A stretch of 64,000 nt of DNA from Patescibacteria group bacterium (GTDB taxonomy: Bacteria > Patescibacteriota > Microgenomatia > UBA1400 > PJMF01). How positions within the stretch are numbered: the first letter of the stretch is position 1; each line of letters opens with the position of its first letter. Below the pieces are notes generated by a model. That model was not told the origin of the DNA, did no database searches, and worked only from the letters and a program-made list of their open reading frames with translations. Both the position numbers and the translations under genes were made by a program. The DNA is taken from contig JBGTEY010000003.1 in NCBI GenBank assembly GCA_041747555.1, positions 19,127 to 83,126 of the forward strand. Reading direction: 5' to 3'. This document shows, one piece after another, positions 10,445 through 20,711 of the stretch.

Positions 10445-10773
10445 GATAGATCCTTATTTTTTTTGGCACTGGGTGATGTGGTTTTTTTTCGTTTTTCCTC
10501 GCGGAGCATTTTTACTTTCCACATAAATAATTTTGCTTTGCTCTTGGCAGATGCTGCATCTGCTACAAACGATCGGGCTTGCTCTAGGATGCCACGATCG
10601 GTTGTTTTTGCCATTTTAATGTATAAACTCTTGTGTGCTTCATCATTAAGCTCCATTGCCAATCGATAGCCATAATCCTGAAACTCTTGAGTAATATAGC
10701 CACCCTTGTCTTCAATTTGATAGTGATCAAACAGAGACGAAATTGGTTGAAATGCTCCTTTTTTGGTAGACAT
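10441..10773 (-). CDS. Small basic hypothetical protein
   Basis: EFQDYGYRLAMELNDEAHKSLYIKMAK; overlaps the GH3 start by ATGA; alternative GTG start at 10809. Confidence 0.7.
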   Translation of the reverse strand: MSTKKGAFQPISSLFDHYQIEDKGGYITQEFQDYGYRLAMELNDEAHKSLYIKMAKTTDRGILEQARSFVADAASAKSKAKLFMWKVKMLREEKRKKTTSPSAKKNKDLS

Positions 10774-10805
10774 GTGTGTCTGTATCATATCATTGCTGAC
10801 AGGAG

Positions 10806-12032
10806 TCACGACAGTCGATCTCGCATCAATAAACTCAACAACACACCCACTGCCGCAAAGACAAAGATACTGTTCCAGCTTGCATTAAAACTGACAAATA
10901 CGATAAATATCGACCAAAACAACAGCGCGCCAATGCCAAGCACAATTTCACGATATGCAAAATACGCTAAGTCTTTTTGACCTTTCGCTCGTTTTAGCCA
11001 AATACTGTCAAAGTTGAGCCAATGAAAATTGGATAATAACTTATCAACACTATCGAGCAGTCCTATCGCAAGCGGCTGAATAATTTGCAAGCGCACCAAC
11101 CAAATTAAACTCAACAAAGTACCAGAGGTGAAAAATGGCCTGTTACTACTTGATCGCCGTGAGTCAATGTACCAACCAACCGCAAAATTAAGCAGCATTG
11201 CTAAGATTAGAGATACGCTATATAAGTACCCGACCTTATCGATGCTTCCCAGCAAGTGGAGCACATAGAGCGGCCAGACAAACAACGCCGCGTCATTAAA
11301 ATACTTACCAATAAATGACACACCCAATCGGCGATACTCAGGCTCACGCACCCAGCTCAAAAATTCATCCCAAGTAGCTCGATGCTTAATTGCTCTATCT
11401 TGAATTTGCAACGTCAGCGCCAAACCCACCACCGGGCCAATAATCGCCACCAAGTAAATTACCTCTAAATTGTATAAAACCGCCACGAGTCCACTTATCG
11501 CCGGCACAATCGCCGCCGTCAACTGCAACAAGAACTGTATTAACCCCAAGTCTTTTCCCATATTCTTTTGATTGGTATTTTCGGAGAGCAGTGTGTGAAA
11601 ACTATTCCAGAAGAAAGGCATTTGGATGCCTTCCAAAACAGCTACCACCCATACCAACATAGGATTCCATTCAGATTTATAAAAAAGTATCAAAACAATA
11701 ATTCGCAATAAAAATGCTACAGCCAATCCTCTTGAGAGACCTATTTGCGCAATTATGTTTGAAATAGGAATTGAAGTAAGCATTACTATCACCCGACCGA
11801 TCAATAAAAACAGCGCAATCGTCAACAATCCCGCCTGAAAAGCAGAAATCGGCAAGAATGCCAGCAAATCAGTGGTGCTACCAATTCTAAACAGGAAGAT
11901 CGGTAAAAAGAAAAATGCCAGCTTATTAACAATATCCCGCACCACTCGCACGGCATAAATATACTCAGCATTCCGACCAAGATCAGCCTTAAATGCAAAG
12001 AAGTGTAAGTGTGGCAGGTGATGCTGCGGCAT
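10806..12032 (-). CDS. MFS-type transporter
   Basis: About 12 TM helices in two halves; GWYIDSRR loop; TATACT 7 nt before ATG. Confidence 0.8.
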   Translation of the reverse strand: MPQHHLPHLHFFAFKADLGRNAEYIYAVRVVRDIVNKLAFFFLPIFLFRIGSTTDLLAFLPISAFQAGLLTIALFLLIGRVIVMLTSIPISNIIAQIGLSRGLAVAFLLRIIVLILFYKSEWNPMLVWVVAVLEGIQMPFFWNSFHTLLSENTNQKNMGKDLGLIQFLLQLTAAIVPAISGLVAVLYNLEVIYLVAIIGPVVGLALTLQIQDRAIKHRATWDEFLSWVREPEYRRLGVSFIGKYFNDAALFVWPLYVLHLLGSIDKVGYLYSVSLILAMLLNFAVGWYIDSRRSSSNRPFFTSGTLLSLIWLVRLQIIQPLAIGLLDSVDKLLSNFHWLNFDSIWLKRAKGQKDLAYFAYREIVLGIGALLFWSIFIVFVSFNASWNSIFVFAAVGVLLSLLMRDRLS

Positions 12033-12046
12033 ACATTTGAGTATAC

Positions 12047-12571
12047 CTACATTCGGGACAGCACATCAGTGACAATTGAATCTTTTATCAAAGTGTCCAC
12101 TAGTGTTTTTTCATCTGATAAAAATGGCTGCAAAACATACGACTCGGGCGGTATCTGCCGATTTCCCTGACGTCCATCCACACCAATTCTGACATGCCAA
12201 AAATCATCACTCCCCAGATGTTGATAGAGCGACAAGAGACCATTATGCCCTTTTGGACCTTTTTGCTGAATTTTGTAGCTACCCACTTCAATATCTAGAT
12301 CATCAAAGAACACATATGTATTCTCTGGCCTAAACTCAATTGAGTAGAAATTAAGCGATGACGTCACGGCTTCTCCCGATTTATTCATGAATGTTTGCGG
12401 CTTGATATACAGCTCGTTCGGGCTTTTGGCCACCTCAGCCTGGCATCGCTTCATATCTTTCCAAATTGCCCCACGAGCCTCTGCGACAGCATCGACTGCC
12501 CAAAAACCAGCGTTGTGTCGCGTTTTTTCGTATGTATTTCCTGGATTTCCTAAGCCAATGAGCGCGTGCAT
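12047..12571 (-). CDS. pth: Peptidyl-tRNA hydrolase
   Basis: LIGLGNPG..YEKTRHNAGF, KPQTFMNKSG, DDLD, GHNGL, RIGV; start moved to ATG 12571 (TATAAT 7 nt upstream). Confidence 0.95.
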   Translation of the reverse strand: MHALIGLGNPGNTYEKTRHNAGFWAVDAVAEARGAIWKDMKRCQAEVAKSPNELYIKPQTFMNKSGEAVTSSLNFYSIEFRPENTYVFFDDLDIEVGSYKIQQKGPKGHNGLLSLYQHLGSDDFWHVRIGVDGRQGNRQIPPESYVLQPFLSDEKTLVDTLIKDSIVTDVLSRM

Positions 12572-12634
12572 GCTGTTCATTATAACAATGAATTCACCCA
12601 TGCGCGGCACAATGCAGCGCCGCAGTACTATATA

Positions 12635-13744
12635 ATGACCAAAAACATGAATAAAAAGATTCTCATACTCAGCTCGATCCAGGGACACGCTAGTCTGGCA
12701 GAAGCAATGCGTGAAACGTTAGAAAGCAATGACTTTGAACCGGTAGTGCACTCATATCCTGACCCAATTTTGCCAGCATATCGAGTTTTTTACCAACATG
12801 CTCCCCAATTAATTAAAATTGCATACCTTGGCGTCAACCGCACCTCTCTGGAGTTATTTGTCAGACAGTATCTGCAGACTAACTATGACAAACGCTTGCT
12901 CGATCAAATTGAAATTCACGAACCATCGTGCATTGTCTGCACAAATTGGGGTTTTAACCCTTCGCTAGATAAATATTCAGAAAAAAATGCTGTTCCTGCG
13001 GTAAATATACTTAATGACCCCAGAACTTTTTTTAATTTTAATGTCATGAATCACGGGACAATTAATTGCGTATTTGATGAAACCGTTGCCACGGCAGTCA
13101 AAAAACAATTTCCAAATGCAAAGGTCAAAGTCACAGGCTGGCCTGTGCAGAAAGCGTTTGAAGAGCGCTACGAAATGGAAGACGTTCGAAAAGAACTAGG
13201 ATTTGAACTTGATAAACCAGTCTTTTTGTTCGTCACTGGATCTGAAGGGACTAAAAAGGTCTCGCCGATTGTCGAAGAACTTATTGATCACGAACTACCG
13301 ATTCAAATTGCGGTCATTTGCGGAAGAAACAAGCAACTAACCCAAGAACTTGAAGTAATGAAGGATGACTTGAAGACAGCATCCCCAACTACATTAACGG
13401 TGCTCGGCTTCACCAAAGAGATTTATAAATATATGCAGGCAAGTGACCTAATCATTGGTAAAGCTGGACCTAATACACTCTTTGAATCCGTGGCAACCCT
13501 AACGCCATTTATGGCAACAACGCATATTTCTGGTCAAGAAGACGGAAATCTTGATATTATTACAGAATATAATGTTGGCTATGTGGCCGAAGATAACACG
13601 CTTGCGGTAGAAAAATTAATTGAACTTGGAAAAAATCCCAAAAAACTTACGTCGTTTCAACCCGCGCTCAAAAAACTGGCTGCGCATAACGCGCGCTCCA
13701 AACAGGCAATTCTCGATATCATTACTGCCAAAATTAAAAGCTAG
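12635..13744 (+). CDS. GT28 glycosyltransferase, UgtP/MGDG-synthase-like
   Basis: SSIQGHAS, TGWPV, VICGRN, LGFTKEI..YMQASDLIIGKAGPNTLFES, GQEDGN; start at ATG 12635 or 12647. Confidence 0.82.
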   Translation: MTKNMNKKILILSSIQGHASLAEAMRETLESNDFEPVVHSYPDPILPAYRVFYQHAPQLIKIAYLGVNRTSLELFVRQYLQTNYDKRLLDQIEIHEPSCIVCTNWGFNPSLDKYSEKNAVPAVNILNDPRTFFNFNVMNHGTINCVFDETVATAVKKQFPNAKVKVTGWPVQKAFEERYEMEDVRKELGFELDKPVFLFVTGSEGTKKVSPIVEELIDHELPIQIAVICGRNKQLTQELEVMKDDLKTASPTTLTVLGFTKEIYKYMQASDLIIGKAGPNTLFESVATLTPFMATTHISGQEDGNLDIITEYNVGYVAEDNTLAVEKLIELGKNPKKLTSFQPALKKLAAHNARSKQAILDIITAKIKS

Positions 13745-13774
13745 TTCTCGAGAAATTTCAGCTATCCACAGCCA

Positions 13775-15556
13775 TTACGACTGTTCCAGTTGTGCTAACT
13801 GCGAAATTTCTTCTAAAGTCGTCGCGTCCGTCCATTTTTTATCTTCGCGAACTTTTCTAAGCCGAGGAAATCGCAACGCGACACCTGCACTATGATTTGG
13901 CGAACGCGTAATTTCATCAGCAGCAATTTCTACCACAATTTCGGGTGCAATCCAGACGTCGGGAGTGAGACTTTTGTCAACAAAATAAGCTGGTGGTTTT
14001 TCTGAAACCGCTATGTCATCACACAGTTTTTTGATCGAGGTGAGTTGATCCTCTGAGATGCCGGTGCCTATTTTGGCGACGGTGCGAATTTCTTGGGCGG
14101 TGTTGAGCGCGCCGACCAAAAATGCCCCAATTCCAAATGAGGCGCGCTTCCCGCGACCTCGGTAGTAGCCCATGATGACTAAATCAAGAGTATCAGCTAG
14201 TTTTCCCGACGTTCCCTCAGCTTCTTTGATCTTGACCCACCGCCAGCCTTTTCGGCCGCTTCGGTATTTGGAATCAATTTTTTTGATGACTGCGCCCTCA
14301 AGTTCATCCGCCAAATACTCATCATGCAATGCTCTGAGAATGGCTGGATCGCTCGTTTTTGTTATTGGAGTGAATTGGAGCGTGTCGGTGTCTTCAAACT
14401 GCACTCTTAAAATATCTTTTCGTTCAAAAAGTGGCGTGTTTAAGAGTGATTTTCCGTCGATACTCATGATATCAAAGGCAAAAAACCGAATCGGCACATC
14501 CTCCGACGCACTTTTAATATCATGCTTTCTTTTGCGAGTGATCGTGTCCTGAAACAGCAATAACTTATCAGTTTGCGGGTCATATCCAATTGCCTCGGCA
14601 TCCAGAATACACCGCTCACACCGCAAGAGGTTTCCAACTTCTACCAACTCAGGGAACATATGCGAAACATCTTCTAAACTCCGACTAAATGCGCGAACTC
14701 CCTCTGGTGTTTTATGAATTTGCACACGCAATCCGTCGTATTTTGGCTCTGCGAGTACCTCACCCATTTTTTCAATAATTTCTGCCGCAGAATTAAGTCG
14801 CTGACATAATGCGGGCACAATTGGCACTCCAGCTTGTACGGTAAAACCAGAAAGAATTTTTCTTGCTGCAGCCTCATCCTTCAATTCTTCTATAGAATGC
14901 TTGAGGAAAAATGCAGCCAACGCGCCTATGTCCGCTTGCTGTTGATACGCCTGCTCAAGAACATCTCTGTGCGATTTATCACCAGAAACTGCCCAGGACA
15001 ACGCGTCTAACAACGTCATCACCGAAAAACCAAGTCGTAATTTTCCAATAATAATCCGAGCCACAAATCTACAAGAAACCGGATCAAGATCCACAAACAG
15101 CGCAGTCAATTTCTGCAGTTTTTGTTCCTGTGACCCAGCTCCCGATTCCCGAGCGATAGTTTCTAGTCGAGAGAAAACTTCAAGAACTGAGAGATTTTTT
15201 ACTGTCTCAGCACTTCGCTCTCGCACCGCTTCTGCAACCAAGCCAACGTCACCGAGTCTTTTATAGAGCGCAGTCACCTCGTCAACACCCAAGCTCGCAT
15301 CAGACTCACCGAATAAATTGGTCGCCTCACCCGTTTGCAATAATCGAGCCAGCGCCCGAATCACCATTTTTGCAGAAAGTTGAAATTCAAGCGATTCAAA
15401 TGCGGGTACTAATTTACCTTGCAACAAATAACTCGCAGGCTGTCGCTCGTCGTCATCAAGCTCGAGATACAGCTTCGCCAATAACTCCGTGAGCACCAGC
15501 CGTGACTGCTCAACTTCTAAAGCACTCAATTTTTCTGAAAATTTTGAAAAATACAT
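13775..15556 (-). CDS. lig: ATP-dependent DNA ligase (N-terminal DNA-binding, adenylation and OB domains)
   Basis: EPKYDGLRVQIH (motif I), ILDAEAIG, FFAFDI, LEGAVIK, WVKIK, ALRFPR..REDK; ATG 15556 has TATACT 7 nt upstream. Confidence 0.93.
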   Translation of the reverse strand: MYFSKFSEKLSALEVEQSRLVLTELLAKLYLELDDDERQPASYLLQGKLVPAFESLEFQLSAKMVIRALARLLQTGEATNLFGESDASLGVDEVTALYKRLGDVGLVAEAVRERSAETVKNLSVLEVFSRLETIARESGAGSQEQKLQKLTALFVDLDPVSCRFVARIIIGKLRLGFSVMTLLDALSWAVSGDKSHRDVLEQAYQQQADIGALAAFFLKHSIEELKDEAAARKILSGFTVQAGVPIVPALCQRLNSAAEIIEKMGEVLAEPKYDGLRVQIHKTPEGVRAFSRSLEDVSHMFPELVEVGNLLRCERCILDAEAIGYDPQTDKLLLFQDTITRKRKHDIKSASEDVPIRFFAFDIMSIDGKSLLNTPLFERKDILRVQFEDTDTLQFTPITKTSDPAILRALHDEYLADELEGAVIKKIDSKYRSGRKGWRWVKIKEAEGTSGKLADTLDLVIMGYYRGRGKRASFGIGAFLVGALNTAQEIRTVAKIGTGISEDQLTSIKKLCDDIAVSEKPPAYFVDKSLTPDVWIAPEIVVEIAADEITRSPNHSAGVALRFPRLRKVREDKKWTDATTLEEISQLAQLEQS

Positions 15557-15583
15557 ACTCACCAGTATAGAACACCTCGACCA

Positions 15584-16675
15584 CTACTCAACCAGCTGAT
15601 ACCGCACACCTTTGGTCACACCCAATTTTTTTATGACACCTTTTTCTATTAAATCCTTAACATCGCGCAGAATTGTATCGACGGAAATGTTTGGCAATGC
15701 TGATTGCATGTCATCAGAGGTAACATTTTCTTGATTTTGAAACATCTCCAAAATAATTATCTGACGCTCTGAGAGTGCAACTTGTTGACCCAATTGTTTC
15801 TTTAACTTGAGGTCTTTTGACAATTTTGTAACTTGATCTTTGACTTTATCAACCTCAATTGCCACACCGTAGCAAAAATACTCAAGCCAATACGTCATGT
15901 CGTGCGTCTCATTTTGCTGAACCGATAATAACGCTTGATAGTACGCTTCAACATCGCCGTCAAAATACTGTTCAATAGAAAAAAACTTTTTAAAATCATA
16001 ATCCTTGAGATACAAAAGTAATGTCGCCATTGCACGGGCAGTTCTGCCGTTTCCCTCGATAAAAGGATGGACGTACACCAATTGATAATGGGTAATCGCC
16101 GCCACGAATATAGGATGTAACCGCTCTGCATCTTCAGATGTGACCCATGCAAAAAAATCTTCAACCAAGTAAGGAATTTCTATCGACACCGGTGGGCGAA
16201 ACACCACCGCGCCACTGGTGGCACTTTTTACAATCACTTGTTTATCCCGATACGCGCCTGAATATTGCTTCTCTACCAATCGATTAACCGTTAATTTATG
16301 GAGTGTCCGCAAAGTATCCATGGTAAAAACAGAGCCCAGTGCGCTTGGCTTTTGCGAATCGATCCAGGACAACACATTTCTGTAGTTGATCACTTCTTGA
16401 ATATCGCGTTCGCGCGCCATGATGCCGGTTTTTCTGACCACCTCATCGGTATCAGAGATTTCATCGAGTCTCACCACCTGCTCTGCCTGTGTTTGACTGA
16501 GATCATTTCCTTCAATTTTAGTACCAAAGTGAACTGATTTGGTGAATGCTTCGTCTCTAAATTTGGCTTCCCACGCGGGAACAAGCGGTGCATTATCAAT
16601 CAACGCCTTCGCCGACTCAATTCGACTGATATATGTCAAGAGATTATTTGAGATAGAAAAGACAGGTTTAAACAT
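15584..16675 (-). CDS. Fic-family protein (AMPylase motif) with C-terminal HTH
   Basis: HPFIEGNGRTAR catalytic motif; N-terminal GTKIEGN autoinhibitory-like helix; C-terminal winged HTH (TILRDVKDLIEKGVI). Confidence 0.9.
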   Translation of the reverse strand: MFKPVFSISNNLLTYISRIESAKALIDNAPLVPAWEAKFRDEAFTKSVHFGTKIEGNDLSQTQAEQVVRLDEISDTDEVVRKTGIMARERDIQEVINYRNVLSWIDSQKPSALGSVFTMDTLRTLHKLTVNRLVEKQYSGAYRDKQVIVKSATSGAVVFRPPVSIEIPYLVEDFFAWVTSEDAERLHPIFVAAITHYQLVYVHPFIEGNGRTARAMATLLLYLKDYDFKKFFSIEQYFDGDVEAYYQALLSVQQNETHDMTYWLEYFCYGVAIEVDKVKDQVTKLSKDLKLKKQLGQQVALSERQIIILEMFQNQENVTSDDMQSALPNISVDTILRDVKDLIEKGVIKKLGVTKGVRYQLVE

Positions 16676-16689
16676 GGTGTGATGCTGAC

Positions 16690-16728
16690 AGTATAGTTAT
16701 TTTTGCAGAATTTGCAATGAAAAAATAA
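16690..16728 (-). promoter_or_regulatory. Putative fic promoter (TTGCAA-16-TATACT) overlapped by an inverted repeat
   Basis: Minus-strand -35 at 16712-16717 and -10 at 16690-16695; TTGCA-gaatt-TGCAA palindrome flanked by TTATTTTT/AAAAATAA. Confidence 0.45.
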
Positions 16729-16770
16729 GCGCAAGAACACCGAACTTAAAAAAATTTCGTAGGTTCTTTT

Positions 16771-17778
16771 CTAGTTGGAGTTAGCTCTAGACGAGATCAA
16801 GTCCCACAAAACTTGTGGAATTGCCTCAACCAAATCACTGGCATTGAAAAATGGCCCCGTGCGCTCTGCCAATACCTCACCTGCACGCTTGTTGACGAGC
16901 GTCGCAGCGACACTTGCCACCCATTGATCATTGGTGCACGCGAGTGCTGCCAATAAACCTGCCAGAACATCGCCCGTACCGCCTTTGGTGAGTCCAGGAT
17001 TTCCCCCAGTGATGATTTGCGAATGATGCTTGTTGAAAATCAAATCCTCTTCACCCTTTAAAACAATTAGGCACCCTGTATTTACGAGCTTACTTACATG
17101 CAAATGATTGAAGCTTGAAAGCTGTTCTAACTCAAGTTTAGTCGCGCTTTGGGTAGCACTATCCCCCTCGTCAAATTGGCTCAAGGTCTCTTGTCGTTCC
17201 AGCAACCGCTCCAACTCCCCAGTGTGCGGTGTCAAAATACACCGCTCGGTCAAAAGGCGCGGATCACACATTTGGAGCGCGCCCGCATCAATCACCCATT
17301 TTTTTTCGGGAAATTGTGCAAGGAGGTAATTAACAATTATCTGGGTGTTTGTCATCCAGTCGTCTTTAGAAAGTTTTTCCTCAAGCCACGAAGCAGGATC
17401 TGCATGCAAAATTTCATCTTCTGGAGACACCCGCGTCATTCCTGGACCAATCAAAATGCAATCGGCTTCATCAATATAATTAAATATTTCTGTACGCGGA
17501 ATCACAATTCCGTTCCAAAAAGACTTTTTTACTTCTTGAATCAATTCGTTATTCTCTGGAACAGAAGAATAAAAAACCATATCAACAAATTTAGAAGCGA
17601 TATCGAGACTCCATTTGCTGGCGCCATGAAATAATTCAGAACCACCGATTATCAGCAATTTGCCATTTTGACCTTTGTGGGAGTCTGATTTGGGGAGTAC
17701 CACAGAATCCTTGATAAACTTTTCAAGCTCTGACAGATTTTTGACTGGTTGAAAGGAATCTGATTGCGACATGGTCAT
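16771..17778 (-). CDS. nnrD: ADP-dependent NAD(P)H-hydrate dehydratase
   Basis: SHKGQNGKLLIIGGS, IGPGM, VIDAGAL, ILTPHTGE, VLKG, TKGGTGDVLAG. Confidence 0.9.
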   Translation of the reverse strand: MTMSQSDSFQPVKNLSELEKFIKDSVVLPKSDSHKGQNGKLLIIGGSELFHGASKWSLDIASKFVDMVFYSSVPENNELIQEVKKSFWNGIVIPRTEIFNYIDEADCILIGPGMTRVSPEDEILHADPASWLEEKLSKDDWMTNTQIIVNYLLAQFPEKKWVIDAGALQMCDPRLLTERCILTPHTGELERLLERQETLSQFDEGDSATQSATKLELEQLSSFNHLHVSKLVNTGCLIVLKGEEDLIFNKHHSQIITGGNPGLTKGGTGDVLAGLLAALACTNDQWVASVAATLVNKRAGEVLAERTGPFFNASDLVEAIPQVLWDLISSRANSN

Positions 17779-18827
17779 AGCAGTATAATCGTGGCATCCT
17801 GAGCTGTCACGCTGGATTGTACTTCGTCGACGATAGATTTGGTGGCGGTGGTGAGGATGGTTTGATACGTGTCGGTGAGCGAAAGCACCATTTCTCGCTT
17901 TTCTCGATCAAGTTCTGACAGAATATCATCCAGCAGTAATATCGGTGTTTGATCTGATTGATCTGTCAAAAAAGCTAACTCGCACATTTTGAGCCACAAG
18001 ACCGCAAGACGCTGCTGCCCCCGAGACCCATAGGTGCCTATGTCTCTAAATTCTCCACCAATGACTAGTTCAACTGACACATCATCTTTTTGCGGACCTA
18101 TCAAACTTCTGCCTGCTGCAATTTCTTTTGAATAATATTTCTCCTGTCGTTCTTCTGAAATTATTGACGGCAAATAGTGCCCCCGAAAGGAAACGGGAAA
18201 TTCAACTTGGGTAAAATACTCAACCAATCGCTGGCGATATTTTTGAATGAGGGTTCCGTGCTTGAGGAGGGTTTGGTTCCAGTAGTGAAGTGTAGTTTTT
18301 GACATCTCTCCTTCTCGCACTTGTTGGAGGAGTTTGTTGCGTCGCCGAAGTGCTTTATCATATGTAGACAGTGATCGATCGTAATCAGGAAATAGTAACA
18401 TTAGCGGGGCATCCAAGAATGCACGACGTCTGGGTGGCGAACCCTCAATCAGCCGCATATCTTCTGGCCGAAATACAACCGATTGAAACGCCCCTGTCAC
18501 CGATCGCTTTTGCTTCCTCACTCCATTAAGGCTAAAAATCCGGGGCGCAGCACGCTTGCCCTGCACCAATCCCGTGGTGAGCAAGACTTCTATAGTGTCA
18601 TCTTCTGTTTTGCCCGTTACTCGCGCTAGCTCTGAACCAAACTTGATCATTTCATCGGTCTTGGTGGCGCGAAAACTTCCGCCAGTCGAGAGTAAATGGA
18701 TCGCTTCTATAATAGTAGTCTTGCCGATCGCATTAGGGCCAACCAAAACCGTGATACTTTTCTCAAAATCTATCTTCTTATTTGAATAAGCTCTAAAATC
18801 CTGGAGTGCAATCGTACGAAGGGTCAT
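17775..18827 (-). CDS. recF: DNA replication and repair protein RecF
   Basis: FRAY, GPNAIGKT (Walker A), GSPPRRRAFLD, GPQKDD, SRGQQR, LLLDDILSELD. Confidence 0.93.
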   Translation of the reverse strand: MTLRTIALQDFRAYSNKKIDFEKSITVLVGPNAIGKTTIIEAIHLLSTGGSFRATKTDEMIKFGSELARVTGKTEDDTIEVLLTTGLVQGKRAAPRIFSLNGVRKQKRSVTGAFQSVVFRPEDMRLIEGSPPRRRAFLDAPLMLLFPDYDRSLSTYDKALRRRNKLLQQVREGEMSKTTLHYWNQTLLKHGTLIQKYRQRLVEYFTQVEFPVSFRGHYLPSIISEERQEKYYSKEIAAGRSLIGPQKDDVSVELVIGGEFRDIGTYGSRGQQRLAVLWLKMCELAFLTDQSDQTPILLLDDILSELDREKREMVLSLTDTYQTILTTATKSIVDEVQSSVTAQDATIILL

Positions 18828-18857
18828 GGGTGTATTGTACCTGACGCGTGGCGAGCT

Positions 18858-20633
18858 TTATTTTTTCTCAATATTGAAAAATGCCCCGCCACATGGATTT
18901 CCAGACCACTGTGGAATTCTCATGTTTCCAGGCGCGCGCAAGTTGAAAGCTTTGCAAAACTCACTTCCACTCATACTGACTCCATTGATATTGACTGACG
19001 AAGTACTGCCATTTCCTTGCGTGACAGAAACGCTGTTGGCAGCCGATATTCCACCATACTTGCCCGCCACATCTCTGAGTTCTCCAAGACTATATGGATT
19101 GCCACCCCAACAGTCGGTGGTAACTGGGCTAATTCGCGCGGCTTCACCAGAATTGCCTTTGGTGATTATCAGGTGTGCGTTTACGATATCGGCCATTTCC
19201 TCTGGACTGAGCCAAGGGTTAGAGCGACCACACGTTGAACCACTACTACTATATCCTTCACGCCACCAGGATTTATACAACCAAGGTGAGCCGCCTATTT
19301 TCTCATACGCTTTGTCTAGAAAGTTTGATCCACCCGAACCATCGGTGGTATCCCATCCGCCAGTTTTAGTCCAACCACCGTGTGTTGAAGCATATTGTGT
19401 TGAAACTGGGTTTCCACCACCATCAACGAGGACCATACCCTTAGTTTCCCTAACTGCTTCTTCCCAGGCTCCGCCTTTTGGTGAGTTTTTAAATACCTGG
19501 CATTTTTCTGTGGTGCAGATTGAATTCTGACCATTACTTGTGTGTTTGATTGCAAATGTTCGAGCAGCAATCGCTTGTGCCTTGAGGACTTCTTTGGGCC
19601 AGCTGGCGGGAACTTCGTAGATTCTCATCAGATACCAATCCTCAAATGAGCCAGCGCCATGACCCTGGACGGTAATTTCTCCCATAACTGGATAATCTGT
19701 TTTAATTGATGTGCCTGGATAGTATGCATTTAGTATTTGCTCATAATTCTGCCCGCTCTTGGCTCTCCCCAATGCCCCATATTGGCTCATACCATTTCGA
19801 TGACTATATGCACCAAATGAAAAGATCGCAAAATGCCCACTCGGTGCACTTTCACGAAAACCAACGATAGAAGCCAATCGATCGTCTGCCAATTCGCTAT
19901 CACCACTCACAGTAAATCCTCCCGATCTAGAGTTAATAATTTCAGTTTGTCTTGCCGAAAGCTCTGCTATTTGACCACCAAGAACTTGCTGATAGTCCTT
20001 AGCCTTACCTATTTCACTTTTGAAAAAATCTGCCTGCTCATCAAGCTGCTTCTCGAGTCCTGCGAGTGTTATTTGATCTTGTTCGAGCTTGGTTTTGTCT
20101 TGTTCCAGAAGTGCGATGTCTGCGCCGATGGTTTGGATGAGCTTGTTGTCTTGGGCTTTAACAGAGCTTCGATATGCCAAATCCTTGGTGAGATCAGCTG
20201 CATCTTGATTAGAGAAAATCAATAGAAAGTCAGAGTTAGTGCGTAATTTTTTATACTGTTCAAAAATTCTTCTCGAAAGAATTTCGTACTGCGTTGCCAG
20301 ATCTTTTTCTCGAGAATCAATTTGCTTTGCGACTTCTTCGCTCTCCGCTTTTGCCCGAACCACCCCTGCGCGTGCGTTATTTATTCTATTTTCTAGATCA
20401 GAAACTTGCGACTCCAATGGCTTGGTGGCGTCTTCTGAGAGTTTTTTGAGGTGTTCCAACTCATCAATTTGTTGTTGCAGCTCAATCACTTCGTCGGCAC
20501 TTACTTGTTTTATTGGGGAATAAAGACCCATATATGAGCCTAAATTAAATACAGGCCACATATTTGAAATCGGCCCAAGCACCAATAAAAATCCCAATCC
20601 CAGAGCTAGCTTGGCAGGCAACCAACGTTTCAT
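18858..20633 (-). CDS. Secreted coiled-coil plus SpoIID/LytB-domain peptidoglycan lytic enzyme
   Basis: Signal/TM, long heptad region, HRNGMSQYGA...YYPG, EVPASWPKEVLKAQAIAARTFA, CTTEKCQVF. Confidence 0.85.
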   Translation of the reverse strand: MKRWLPAKLALGLGFLLVLGPISNMWPVFNLGSYMGLYSPIKQVSADEVIELQQQIDELEHLKKLSEDATKPLESQVSDLENRINNARAGVVRAKAESEEVAKQIDSREKDLATQYEILSRRIFEQYKKLRTNSDFLLIFSNQDAADLTKDLAYRSSVKAQDNKLIQTIGADIALLEQDKTKLEQDQITLAGLEKQLDEQADFFKSEIGKAKDYQQVLGGQIAELSARQTEIINSRSGGFTVSGDSELADDRLASIVGFRESAPSGHFAIFSFGAYSHRNGMSQYGALGRAKSGQNYEQILNAYYPGTSIKTDYPVMGEITVQGHGAGSFEDWYLMRIYEVPASWPKEVLKAQAIAARTFAIKHTSNGQNSICTTEKCQVFKNSPKGGAWEEAVRETKGMVLVDGGGNPVSTQYASTHGGWTKTGGWDTTDGSGGSNFLDKAYEKIGGSPWLYKSWWREGYSSSGSTCGRSNPWLSPEEMADIVNAHLIITKGNSGEAARISPVTTDCWGGNPYSLGELRDVAGKYGGISAANSVSVTQGNGSTSSVNINGVSMSGSEFCKAFNLRAPGNMRIPQWSGNPCGGAFFNIEKK

Positions 20634-20711
20634 AGTATTCACATTGTATACTATTGTACAGACAACTCATCACTGGCCTATTTTTACAGACTAGGCTACA
20701 ATAACCATGTT

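Noticed and set aside
18826-19530. 234-aa plus-strand ORF and the many other short antisense or nested ORFs in the track
   Set aside because: They are shadows of well-supported genes on the other strand or frame
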